From contig JANMPT010000063.1 in the NCBI GenBank assembly GCA_031370005.1, positions 1-64,000 of the forward strand: a stretch of 64,000 nucleotides of DNA, in the 5' to 3' direction. Every line of letters begins with the position of its first letter. Position 1 is the stretch's first letter. The DNA comes from Bdellovibrionales bacterium (lineage in GTDB: Bacteria > Bdellovibrionota > Bdellovibrionia > Bdellovibrionales > Bdellovibrionaceae). The translations under genes were made by a program, and so were the position numbers. Below the pieces are notes generated by a model. The model saw only the letters and a list, made by a program, of their open reading frames with translations. It ran no database searches and was not told the origin of the DNA. This document shows positions 9,884-18,247 of this stretch, in pieces.

Positions 9884-11302
9884 ATGAGCGCACGAATCCC
9901 GCCTCAGCATTTAGAGGCCGAGCAGTCTATTGTTGGTGGCTTGATGTTAGACCATGAGGCCTTCGATCAGGTCGCTGACCTAATTGATACTCCAGACTTC
10001 TATAAACCCGCCAACCAAAAAATCTATCGGGCCATCAAAGAGCTGCATAGCCGAAGTCAGCCGATCGATATCATAACTGTAACGAACTTACTTCAGTCCC
10101 GTGATGAACTTGATGCCTCTGGAGGGCCAGAATACCTTGCAAGCCTACTTGATAAAACAATTTCTTCTGCCAACATTCAAACCCATGCCGAAATTGTTCG
10201 CGAAAAGTCTCTGCTTCGTCGTCTGATAGCTACGAGTAATGGTTTGATTGAGCGCGCTTACAGCCAAGACTATACCGACATTGAAAGCCTTATTGATCAA
10301 GCCGAGGCCGAGGTCCTGAAGGTTGGCGAGAACACTGCAAAAACAGGCCTCGTTGGCTCAATGGAAATCGTAAAGTCCAGCATCGAGAAGATCGAGGAAC
10401 TTTTTAAACGCAACGCCGACATCACCGGTTTGGCAACGGGCTTTAAAGCCATGGATGACATGACTGCGGGTCTACATCCGGGAGAGCTCACTATCATCGC
10501 TGCTCGTCCCTCTATGGGTAAAACGGCGCTTAGTTTAAACATTGCTCAGCACGCGTCCCTGCGCCTTAAAAAAACAGTTGCCTACTTTTCTTTAGAGATG
10601 GGCAAGGAGTCCATGATGATGCGGCTTCTTTCTGCAGAGGCAAAAGTAAACATGGGTGAGATCAGAACGGGCCGTATCCAAGACTCTTCTTGGCCAAAAC
10701 TAATCAGTGCTGCAGGGGCCTTAAGCGAGGCCGGACTTTTTATTGATGATACTCCAGGAATAAGCCCTTTTGAAATTCGAGCCCGTTGTCGCCGCTTAAA
10801 GGCTCAGCATGGGCTTGATATGATAATGATTGATTACCTTCAATTGATGGATTTAAAACAAAAAGTGGAAAGTCGCGAGCGCGCGGTTTCTGAAATCTCG
10901 AAATCTTTAAAAACTATCGCCAAAGAATTGCAAGTTCCCGTAATTGCACTAGCTCAGCTGAACCGCGGGGTAGAGGGGCGGGCGGACCGTCGTCCCATGC
11001 TTTCAGATCTGCGTGAATCTGGATCTATCGAACAAGATGCCGATGTTATCATGATGCTTTACCGCGATGACTACTACGATAAAGAAGATCAAGACAAACA
11101 AGGCCATGCAGAAATCATTATTGGTAAGCAGCGGAATGGCGCCACTGGCACTGTAAAGCTCCGCTTTGATGCTAAGTTCTCTCGATTCCGTGACCCAGAT
11201 CCAGAGTCCACAGCAAGCCCTATGTCGATGTCACAGCCACGTCAAGCGCCGCCTCCAATGCCCGGAAAGCCGCGCAACTTCGCCCCTGGAGCTAGTACTT
11301 AA
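9884..11302 (+). CDS. dnaB: Replicative DNA helicase
   Basis: PPQHLEAEQS, AARPSMGKT, IDYLQL, DLRESGSIEQDAD, KQRNG; Pro-rich C-terminal tail. Confidence 0.98.
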   Translation: MSARIPPQHLEAEQSIVGGLMLDHEAFDQVADLIDTPDFYKPANQKIYRAIKELHSRSQPIDIITVTNLLQSRDELDASGGPEYLASLLDKTISSANIQTHAEIVREKSLLRRLIATSNGLIERAYSQDYTDIESLIDQAEAEVLKVGENTAKTGLVGSMEIVKSSIEKIEELFKRNADITGLATGFKAMDDMTAGLHPGELTIIAARPSMGKTALSLNIAQHASLRLKKTVAYFSLEMGKESMMMRLLSAEAKVNMGEIRTGRIQDSSWPKLISAAGALSEAGLFIDDTPGISPFEIRARCRRLKAQHGLDMIMIDYLQLMDLKQKVESRERAVSEISKSLKTIAKELQVPVIALAQLNRGVEGRADRRPMLSDLRESGSIEQDADVIMMLYRDDYYDKEDQDKQGHAEIIIGKQRNGATGTVKLRFDAKFSRFRDPDPESTASPMSMSQPRQAPPPMPGKPRNFAPGAST

Positions 11303-11431
11303 GCCTACAACTATTTCAACTAAAAACGACGTCCAGACTTTGGACTAAATCCTTTGAAACCCGCACCTATAGATTGAGTTCCGATTAACCGATTGGTGCA
11401 ATGATTTTGTCATGAAGACAAACCCAACAGC

Positions 11432-11635
11432 ATGGAGGCTAGAATGGGTAAAGCACTTCTTGAGATGGTCATACTTGCGACCGGACTTCCAGAAGGGGAG
11501 ATTCGCCGCGAGCTACAGACGCTCTTAATTCAAAATGGAAAAACAGCAGAAACTCTCACCACCGATGACCTACGTGAGGTTATGGCGGAGTATCTTCAAG
11601 ATGTAATTTTAGCCGCAAAAGAACATCACTCTTAA
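11432..11635 (+). CDS. Small hypothetical protein
   Basis: 67-aa ORF filling the intergenic space; GGAGG precedes an alternative ATG at 11447. Confidence 0.65.
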   Translation: MEARMGKALLEMVILATGLPEGEIRRELQTLLIQNGKTAETLTTDDLREVMAEYLQDVILAAKEHHS

Positions 11636-11651
11636 GTTGTCTTTGCGAAAT

Positions 11652-11681
11652 AAAAACGGATCCTGTTTTTCACAGGATCCG
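11652..11681 (-). terminator. Rho-independent terminator of rplI
   Basis: Stem CGGATCCTGT/ACAGGATCCG, followed by a U5 tract on the minus strand. Confidence 0.8.
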
Positions 11682-11707
11682 CTCACACTTTAATCTTTTA
11701 ATCTCTG

Positions 11708-12151
11708 TTACGCGCGTTCAACCGCAATCATAATTTTAGCCTCTAAGCCCTCGCCCATGCGAACAAGTGCTTTGTGCTGGCCAAGAACTTTGATTGGCTC
11801 CTCAAGATGGATATCCCGGCGGTCAACAGAGTGACCAACCTTTTCCAGCTCTTTAGAAATATCGGAAGTCGTTACTGTACCGAAGAGTTTGTCATTTTCA
11901 CCGGCCGCTACTTTAAATGTCACAGTTGTGCCAGTAATTTTTGCCAGAATTTCCTGTCGTTCGGCAACTGCTTTTTTCTTCTTAACATCCGCAACGCGCT
12001 TCAAGTGTTCCCACTCTTTTACTCGTTTTTCTGTAGCCTCTGAAGCTAACTTTCTCGGAAACAAAAAGTTGCGTGCAAAGCCTTCTGAAACATTTACTAA
12101 ATCGCCGACCTTACCCAAATCTTTTACATCATTTTGAAGAATAACCTTCAT
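11708..12151 (-). CDS. rplI: 50S ribosomal protein L9
   Basis: [29 protein letters not shown]. Confidence 0.98.
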   Translation of the reverse strand: MKVILQNDVKDLGKVGDLVNVSEGFARNFLFPRKLASEATEKRVKEWEHLKRVADVKKKKAVAERQEILAKITGTTVTFKVAAGENDKLFGTVTTSDISKELEKVGHSVDRRDIHLEEPIKVLGQHKALVRMGEGLEAKIMIAVERA

Positions 12152-12167
12152 ATAAACCTCACTATTT

Positions 12168-13076
12168 CTAGTTGATTTTAGGTGCTAGTCTTATTTTTCT
12201 TAGACGCTTTCTAAAATCAACCCAGTAATCAATTAAGCCAACAGCACTCACTACAGGGAACAGTTGGCCGACCATAATTATATAAATCGCAGCTCTCACC
12301 AGAGCGCCGGCTTTGAAAGACCTCAAACTTACTTCCAAAATCGCAACGCCTTGGAAAAAATAAAGAACCGTAACAACATTCACAACGTTCATTCCAAGAA
12401 CTTCTAACGCCTTCACATTGAAATTCTCCATTGTCAGAAGGAAGGCTCCCATCGCAACCCAGATCATAAAATCTGGAACACGAAACTCTAACAACTTAAG
12501 TTGAGAGGCCATTCGTTCCCGTGGTAGATTCAACCAGGAAAAAACTCTTCTCTCAAATATCAATCCTATACCAAGAGCCACCACCAAAATGGTAACGACC
12601 GCAGAGGGTATAAGCTGGATCAAAAGACCTGCGTCTAATTGCAAATCAGGATTCATTGCAAGCACTTTACCCGTAATGAATTGTTTTACAAAGGCCTCCG
12701 CCGCAGCAAAACTTCTCACTCCTAATCTTTCGAGACTTATTAATGAGGCTCCTGTAAAAAACAAGCTCCCTGCAATAATTCCGATTGATGCGGAGACCGC
12801 CCATCGAAGTCCCTTTCTTTCAAGTTCCATATAGATTCCTAAAGTCATCCAAATTGAACCTACAAAAACTGAAAGCACTGGGGCATCAATAAGCCAAAAA
12901 AGCAACATTACCCCAGCTCCCAAGAGCCAATAGGCAAGTGCGCCGTAAGTAACTCTTAAAACTCGCATCAGAGGCGTCCCAAAAACCACAGTCAGTAATG
13001 ACAACATTACTGATATTGAAAAAATGGTCAGAAATTTTCGGGACGGGTTTTTAACTCTCATGCTTTTAACCCTCAA
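12168..13076 (-). CDS. YybS/DUF2232-family membrane protein
   Basis: Polytopic membrane protein with LYFFQG and [12 protein letters not shown]; usual position before rplI. Start may be 13061. Confidence 0.85.
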   Translation of the reverse strand: MRVKSMRVKNPSRKFLTIFSISVMLSLLTVVFGTPLMRVLRVTYGALAYWLLGAGVMLLFWLIDAPVLSVFVGSIWMTLGIYMELERKGLRWAVSASIGIIAGSLFFTGASLISLERLGVRSFAAAEAFVKQFITGKVLAMNPDLQLDAGLLIQLIPSAVVTILVVALGIGLIFERRVFSWLNLPRERMASQLKLLEFRVPDFMIWVAMGAFLLTMENFNVKALEVLGMNVVNVVTVLYFFQGVAILEVSLRSFKAGALVRAAIYIIMVGQLFPVVSAVGLIDYWVDFRKRLRKIRLAPKIN

Positions 13077-13089
13077 GCTTTGTCAAAGA

Positions 13090-13608
13090 CTACTTTCTAT
13101 CGAAACGGTCACCGCGGTCGCCACGGTCTCCCCGGTCTCCACGGTCTCCCCGGTCGCCACGATCCCCGCGATCCCCACGGTCTCCAGCAGCAAACGCCGC
13201 TTTACGAGCAGCCATCTTTGCTTCTCGCTCTTTTTCGCGAGCAGCTGATTCAGAAAGACCTCTTTTGAAAGCCTCTGCATGCTTCACCAAAGGCACTCGC
13301 TCGTCTAAGCGAGTATGCATAAAGCGAAGGACTTTTTCATTGATACGCATTGTACGCTCAAGTTCGTTGATTGCTTGCGTGCTAGACTCGAAGTACGCGT
13401 GAAAAAAAATAGCTTTCTTCAGCTTGCCAATTGGATTCGCAAGATTGCGTTTGCCCCAGGTTTCCAAAGAAAACACCGAGCCTGAAAAGCTCTCAATGGT
13501 TGCTTTGTTTTTTCTGAAAAGCTCTTTTTGTTCGTCTACGCTAGCATCTGGATGAACGACAACGATGACTTCATAAGGACGTTTTACAGTCTCTTTAGAT
13601 AGTTCCAT
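13090..13608 (-). CDS. rpsF: 30S ribosomal protein S6 with C-terminal (GDR)9 extension
   Basis: RPYEVIVVVHP, WGKRNLANPI, ELERTMRINEKVLRF. Confidence 0.95.
   Translation of the reverse strand: MELSKETVKRPYEVIVVVHPDASVDEQKELFRKNKATIESFSGSVFSLETWGKRNLANPIGKLKKAIFFHAYFESSTQAINELERTMRINEKVLRFMHTRLDERVPLVKHAEAFKRGLSESAAREKEREAKMAARKAAFAAGDRGDRGDRGDRGDRGDRGDRGDRGDRFDRK
13105..13185 (-). repeat. 9 x 9-bp imperfect tandem repeat encoding (Gly-Asp-Arg)9
   Basis: GGN GAY CGN units with varying third positions. Confidence 0.95.
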
Positions 13609-13613
13609 TTTCG

Positions 13614-13658
13614 ATCCTTTCGGTTTATAGCCCCCAACTTAATGTTAGGAGCAAGGAT
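13614..13658 (-). promoter_or_regulatory. S6:S18 ribosomal-protein leader RNA (cis-regulatory)
   Basis: Minus strand reads ATCCTT-GCTCCTAAC-ATTAA-GTTGGGGGC-TATAAACCGA-AAGGAT. The outer stem pairs with the SD, the inner hairpin has 9 bp, and an unpaired CCG lies just 5' of the SD. Confidence 0.8.
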
Positions 13659-13753
13659 GACTTTTTTACTGAGTTCGATGGTTTAGCACGCCTAAAGGAT
13701 AAGCACAAGCCGAGAGTGTTGAAGCTTTTCGAAAAACTCACTACAATAATCAT

Positions 13754-14446
13754 ATGGTATTGTTCATTGAAATTCTCGGGGGGCCCCAGCAAGGGTCTCG
13801 ATTTAGAGTTGAGCCTGGGTATAAAATTGGGCGTAATCGTGGGGAAATCCTTGTTCGCGATGAAAAGATTTCCGGCGAGCACGCCCGCTTTGAATTGGAT
13901 AACAAAGGCCAGTTCGTTTTAATCGACCTGGAGTCTTCAAACGGTATTTTAATTGCAAATCGGCGAGTTAAAAAAATTGCAATGCTGCCCGGCGTCGCCT
14001 TCCGTCTAGGCCATACCGACTTTCGCGTTCTCACTGTCGAAGCCCCCTTGGCTCAAGAATTTGCCCGCGTTCGCTCTTGGCGAGAAAACCTTGCTGAAAA
14101 GCTGGTCATTGATAGTGTTAAAAATAGCTCTATAGAGGGTGCTGGCCTGCCTTTTTCCCCAACTTTGAAGCTTAAATTCATTCAAGGCGTGCAGGCCGAC
14201 GAGTCCTTGCTTCTGGGGTACGGAACTCGCAAGGCCGGGGCAAACTCTTTAGATATCGATCTTCGCGACCCCGAGGCCCCGACTCATGCTTTTGAGATTA
14301 GTCCTCGCAACGGTGGTCTAGCCCAAATAAAAAATCTCTGTCAAAGCAAGTTAAGTCTCAATAATAAACCCGTAGAAACCGAAGCACTACAGGATGGGGA
14401 TATAATTCGAGTCGGTAGCACCTTGATTAAGGTGACCTACGTTTAA
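13754..14446 (+). CDS. Tandem FHA-domain protein
   Basis: IGR...ISGEHA...DLESSNG (canonical FHA); a second, degenerate FHA ends LQDGDIIRVG. Confidence 0.85.
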   Translation: MVLFIEILGGPQQGSRFRVEPGYKIGRNRGEILVRDEKISGEHARFELDNKGQFVLIDLESSNGILIANRRVKKIAMLPGVAFRLGHTDFRVLTVEAPLAQEFARVRSWRENLAEKLVIDSVKNSSIEGAGLPFSPTLKLKFIQGVQADESLLLGYGTRKAGANSLDIDLRDPEAPTHAFEISPRNGGLAQIKNLCQSKLSLNNKPVETEALQDGDIIRVGSTLIKVTYV

Positions 14447-14449
14447 GGG

Positions 14450-15331
14450 TTGTTTATGCATATGATCGAAAAAGAAAGTGGCGTTTTTGAAAGTTTCGAT
14501 AAGACATTAATTTATTATGAGGTTCGTGGCGAGGGGGAGCCCCTCGTTCTTATCTACGGAATCGCCTGCCTGATGAACCACTGGCATTTTCAAATGGAGC
14601 ATTTCTCAAAAAAATACAAAGTAATCACCTTTGATATTCGTGGTCATCACAAAAGCGTGCCGCTGGGAAACCCTCAAAATTTAAAACTGTCCGATTTGGT
14701 TTGGGACATTGTCGGCTTATTAGAACATTTGTGTATTTCTAAGGCCCACTTTGCTGGACACAGCTTTGGCGCGCCCTTGTTGCTCGAGCTTTTCCGCGTA
14801 AAACCTGAGCTCATTGGGTCAATGACTTTTATTAATGGTTTCTCCAAAAATCCGATCAAAGGTATGTTTGGTCTTGATGTGATTGAGCCCTTTTTTTATT
14901 ACGTAAAAACGCAATATGAAAAACACCCAGATCTTTGGACAACCTTATGGCGTCTTGCCCTGGACAACCCGCTCGCAATGCTACTTGCTGGAGCCGCTGG
15001 CGGCTTTAACTTAAAGCTCACCCACTTTAAAGATATTGAAGTTTATGCTCGCGGGGTTGCGAGAATGAATCTACGCACATTTTTTATTTTGTTTGAGGAA
15101 ATGATGCGCTTTGATGGCGAATCTATTTTACCGCTGGTAAACATTCCTGCGCTAATTATTTCTGGCGAGAACGACAACGTGACTCCGCAAAAGTTTCAGC
15201 ATGAATTTCATCAAAAAATCAGAAAAAGTGAGTTTGTACTTGTGCCATATGGATCTCACTGTACTCAGTTAGACTTTCCAGATTATATCAATATGAAAAT
15301 CGAAGCGTTTTTGATGGCACACGCGCTTTAA
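14450..15331 (+). CDS. Alpha/beta-fold hydrolase
   Basis: DIRGH, nucleophile elbow GHSFG, GENDNV, GSH. Confidence 0.9.
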   Translation: MFMHMIEKESGVFESFDKTLIYYEVRGEGEPLVLIYGIACLMNHWHFQMEHFSKKYKVITFDIRGHHKSVPLGNPQNLKLSDLVWDIVGLLEHLCISKAHFAGHSFGAPLLLELFRVKPELIGSMTFINGFSKNPIKGMFGLDVIEPFFYYVKTQYEKHPDLWTTLWRLALDNPLAMLLAGAAGGFNLKLTHFKDIEVYARGVARMNLRTFFILFEEMMRFDGESILPLVNIPALIISGENDNVTPQKFQHEFHQKIRKSEFVLVPYGSHCTQLDFPDYINMKIEAFLMAHAL

Positions 15332-15333
15332 GC

Positions 15334-15364
15334 AAAAGACGCCGGAACTCTCCGGCGTCTTTTT
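15334..15364. terminator. Bidirectional Rho-independent terminator
   Basis: AAAAGACGCCGGA-ACTC-TCCGGCGTCTTTT between convergent genes. Confidence 0.88.
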
Positions 15365-15374
15365 AAGTAGAAAG

Positions 15375-17012
15375 TTATCTCCAAGCAGCTTTAGTGATAT
15401 CAATGCCGTATTGGTTAACAGAGTCATCAGATTTAAATATGATTTTTACATACTCGCCTGTAATCACCGGGGAATAACTGTCATCGTTGTTTCCAGAGAC
15501 TTCACCTACGAGATCTCCTTTTGAGTCGATCAACTGAATGGTATCGTAGCCTTTTTCTGTCTGGAATTTCGCAAAGTAGAGTGCAATCTCTTTTGCTCCT
15601 GGAACACGGACCTCATATGTCTCGATAGTTTTTTCTTTGTATGGATGGGCGGTTGCTACTGATACCGTTGCGGTTTTCCAGTTGCTTGGATCGTTTTCGT
15701 CAGGCTGTGGCAGTGTATTTGTCAGCGCTGCATAGGCGTTTGCCAAGCCCGCACTACGAACCTTGCCGCGAAGACTCGCGATCGGATGCGCTGTAGTGAT
15801 GATGCGATTTTTGATTTCAAGTGCTGTGAGTTTAGGCTCGTGGGATGCAATCAAGCCTGCGATACCAGACACATGCGGTGTTGCCATCGAGGTTCCAGAC
15901 CATGACTGATATCCAGTCGTGGTTGTACTCACGATGTTTACGCCTGGAGCTCCAACATGAACAGAGCTTTTTCCATAGTTAGAAAACGAAGCGATTTGAC
16001 CTTTGTTGTCTACTGCCGCCACTGCAAGTACATTGGGCACCTGATAAGATGCTGGATAAGAGGGACTAGCGTCATTGTTGTTGGACTCGTTACCTGCTGC
16101 TGCAACAAAAAGTGCTCCGGCAGTATTTGCTCTTTCAATGGCCTCTTTAAGGGTCTGAGAGGCTCCGCCGCCGCCCCAAGAGTTCGACATAATTTTTGCA
16201 CCCATTTTTGTTGCGTAGTCGATACCTTTGATAGCGTTTTCAAGAGTTCCAGATCCATTGCTGTCTAAGAACTTAACGGCCATAATGCGTGTGTTCCAGT
16301 TCACTCCTACGATGCCTTTGCCATCGTCACCTTTTGCTCCAATCGTTCCCGAGCAATGTGAACCGTGACCATGGTCATCTTTGGGATCTCCACTGTCAGT
16401 GATTGTGTTATATCCATAAATGTCATCAATCACGCCATTGCCGTCGTCATCAATTCCTGGCTTACCATTGAGCTCCGCATTGTTTGTCCACATGTTTGGA
16501 GCCAAATCCGGGTTTGTATAATCAACACCTGTATCAATCACCGCTATAATTACGTCTTTAGAGCCTGTTTCAATATCCCATGCTTGAGTCGCGCCAATGT
16601 CCATACCGACGACGCCCTGTTGCTTCTCAGAGTCAGCCTGGCCAAGATTGCTCATGCCCCAAAGCTGGCTAAACATTGGGTCATTCGGTACGCGACTTGC
16701 TTTATAGATGTAGTTCGGTTCAATCACTTCAATATTTGGATTTTGCGATAAGCTTTTAACTACAACAGACTGAACTTCAAAAACCGGTCGTTTAATCACG
16801 ACAATGTTTTGCCCAGGTATTGTGCTTTTAATGTATGAACCAAGTTCTTGGCTCAAAACAGTCATCTGGTTTCGATAAGAATTAATTGGTTCTTTCAGTT
16901 TGACTATATATTCACCAGGAACCGCTTCAGGCTGCGCCGCCATGGAAAGCGTCGTGGCCATGAGTGTACCAATAGTTAAAACAAGACGGGCTTTTTCAAT
17001 AAGCCTTTTCAT
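15375..17012 (-). CDS. Secreted S8 subtilisin-like protease with C-terminal CUB-like domain
   Basis: Signal and propeptide; triad VIDTG, HGHGSH, GTSMATPH; C-terminus FQTEKGYD...FKSDDSVNQYG. Confidence 0.93.
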   Translation of the reverse strand: MKRLIEKARLVLTIGTLMATTLSMAAQPEAVPGEYIVKLKEPINSYRNQMTVLSQELGSYIKSTIPGQNIVVIKRPVFEVQSVVVKSLSQNPNIEVIEPNYIYKASRVPNDPMFSQLWGMSNLGQADSEKQQGVVGMDIGATQAWDIETGSKDVIIAVIDTGVDYTNPDLAPNMWTNNAELNGKPGIDDDGNGVIDDIYGYNTITDSGDPKDDHGHGSHCSGTIGAKGDDGKGIVGVNWNTRIMAVKFLDSNGSGTLENAIKGIDYATKMGAKIMSNSWGGGGASQTLKEAIERANTAGALFVAAAGNESNNNDASPSYPASYQVPNVLAVAAVDNKGQIASFSNYGKSSVHVGAPGVNIVSTTTTGYQSWSGTSMATPHVSGIAGLIASHEPKLTALEIKNRIITTAHPIASLRGKVRSAGLANAYAALTNTLPQPDENDPSNWKTATVSVATAHPYKEKTIETYEVRVPGAKEIALYFAKFQTEKGYDTIQLIDSKGDLVGEVSGNNDDSYSPVITGEYVKIIFKSDDSVNQYGIDITKAAWR

Positions 17013-17125
17013 AAATCCCTCCTTGGATTTTGGTGCGATCAAAGATGCAGCAATTTATGAAGCCTCTTTATCGACCTAGTTCCAAAATGGTACCCACGCC
17101 GAGATGTCTTGGAAAAAGATATTAT

Positions 17126-17386
17126 TTATTTATGTATTTTTCTTAAAAAGTTAGACTTTGGTTTAGTCTCATCCAGAAATTCGAAGGATAGCTGCTGAGG
17201 CTTCTGCCTCTGCGTTAGGACTTTAATCTTGGTCGGATCTGCTTCGATCAGACTCTTCTCGGTTGGGGTCAGCACGCCAACGCCCTCACTCGCCTTGATC
17301 AGATATTTAATAAAGGCTTCCTTAACTGCAGGAGATCCTTCTGGGTAAAAACCCAGCTCTTCCATTAGTTCTGATATCTTTTTCAT
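17126..17386 (-). CDS. Small hypothetical protein
   Basis: 86-aa ORF with GAGG RBS; contains QQLSFEF. Confidence 0.7.
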   Translation of the reverse strand: MKKISELMEELGFYPEGSPAVKEAFIKYLIKASEGVGVLTPTEKSLIEADPTKIKVLTQRQKPQQLSFEFLDETKPKSNFLRKIHK

Positions 17387-17446
17387 TTGGTCCTCTCGAA
17401 TCCCTCTTCGGACTTATTACTGGGATTCTTTAGAACCAATGACGGG

Positions 17447-18238
17447 TTAGCTGCCGCTTGTATCTATATCTTCTTCTTTGAATAAAGTAGCTTTAAAGAA
17501 CTCACGATTCATACGAGCAATATTCACAAGGCTGATATCTTTTGGGCAGGCCGCAGAACAGGAGCCCGTGCTCGTGCAGGCGCCGAAGCCCTCTGTGTCC
17601 ATTTGTCCAACCATACGTTCTGCCCGCTTTTTTCTTTCGATTTGACCCTGCGGTAGTAGTACTAAGTGAGAAATCTTTGCAGACGTAAACAGCATGGCTG
17701 AAGAGTTCTTGCACGATGCCACGCAGGCGCCACAACCGATACATGCTGCAGCGCCAAAGGCCTGATCAGCATCATGTTTTGGAATCAAAATACTATTGGC
17801 ATCGCGAGCACTTCCCGTATTTGCAGAAATATAGCCCCCTGAGGTGATGATACGATCCAATGCCGTTCTGTCCGTAAGTAAGTCTTTAACAATGGGAAAA
17901 GCTGCGGCTCTCCATGGCTCCAAAGTCAAAATGTCGCCATCGCGAAACGCTCTCATATGAAGCTGACATACCGTCGTGGATTTCTGCGGTCCATGGGCTT
18001 GGCCGTCGATCATAAATCCACAGCTTCCACAAATACCCTCTCGACAGTCGTGGTCAAAGGCAATAGGATCATCCCCCTTGCTAATCAACTCGCTGTTTAC
18101 AGCGTCGAGCATTTCCAAAAAAGATGCTTCTGTTGAAATGTTTTTTGCTGGGTATTCCTTGAAGCCGCCTTGATCTTTCGTGTTTTTCTGTCGCCAAACC
18201 CTGAGGGTTAAGTTGATTTTTTTTGTTAATTCACTCAT
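17447..18238 (-). CDS. sdhB: Succinate dehydrogenase/fumarate reductase Fe-S subunit
   Basis: [29 protein letters not shown]. Confidence 0.95.
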   Translation of the reverse strand: MSELTKKINLTLRVWRQKNTKDQGGFKEYPAKNISTEASFLEMLDAVNSELISKGDDPIAFDHDCREGICGSCGFMIDGQAHGPQKSTTVCQLHMRAFRDGDILTLEPWRAAAFPIVKDLLTDRTALDRIITSGGYISANTGSARDANSILIPKHDADQAFGAAACIGCGACVASCKNSSAMLFTSAKISHLVLLPQGQIERKKRAERMVGQMDTEGFGACTSTGSCSAACPKDISLVNIARMNREFFKATLFKEEDIDTSGS

Positions 18239-18247
18239 GGTCCACCC

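Noticed and set aside
13105..13185. Repeat as a CRISPR array, contingency locus or integrin-binding RGD array
   Set aside because: There are no spacers or cas genes. It is an in-frame 9-bp unit with synonymous variation, in a cytoplasmic ribosomal protein. The overlapping ORFs 13024..13248, 13080..13268 and 13083..13280 are by-products of the repeat.
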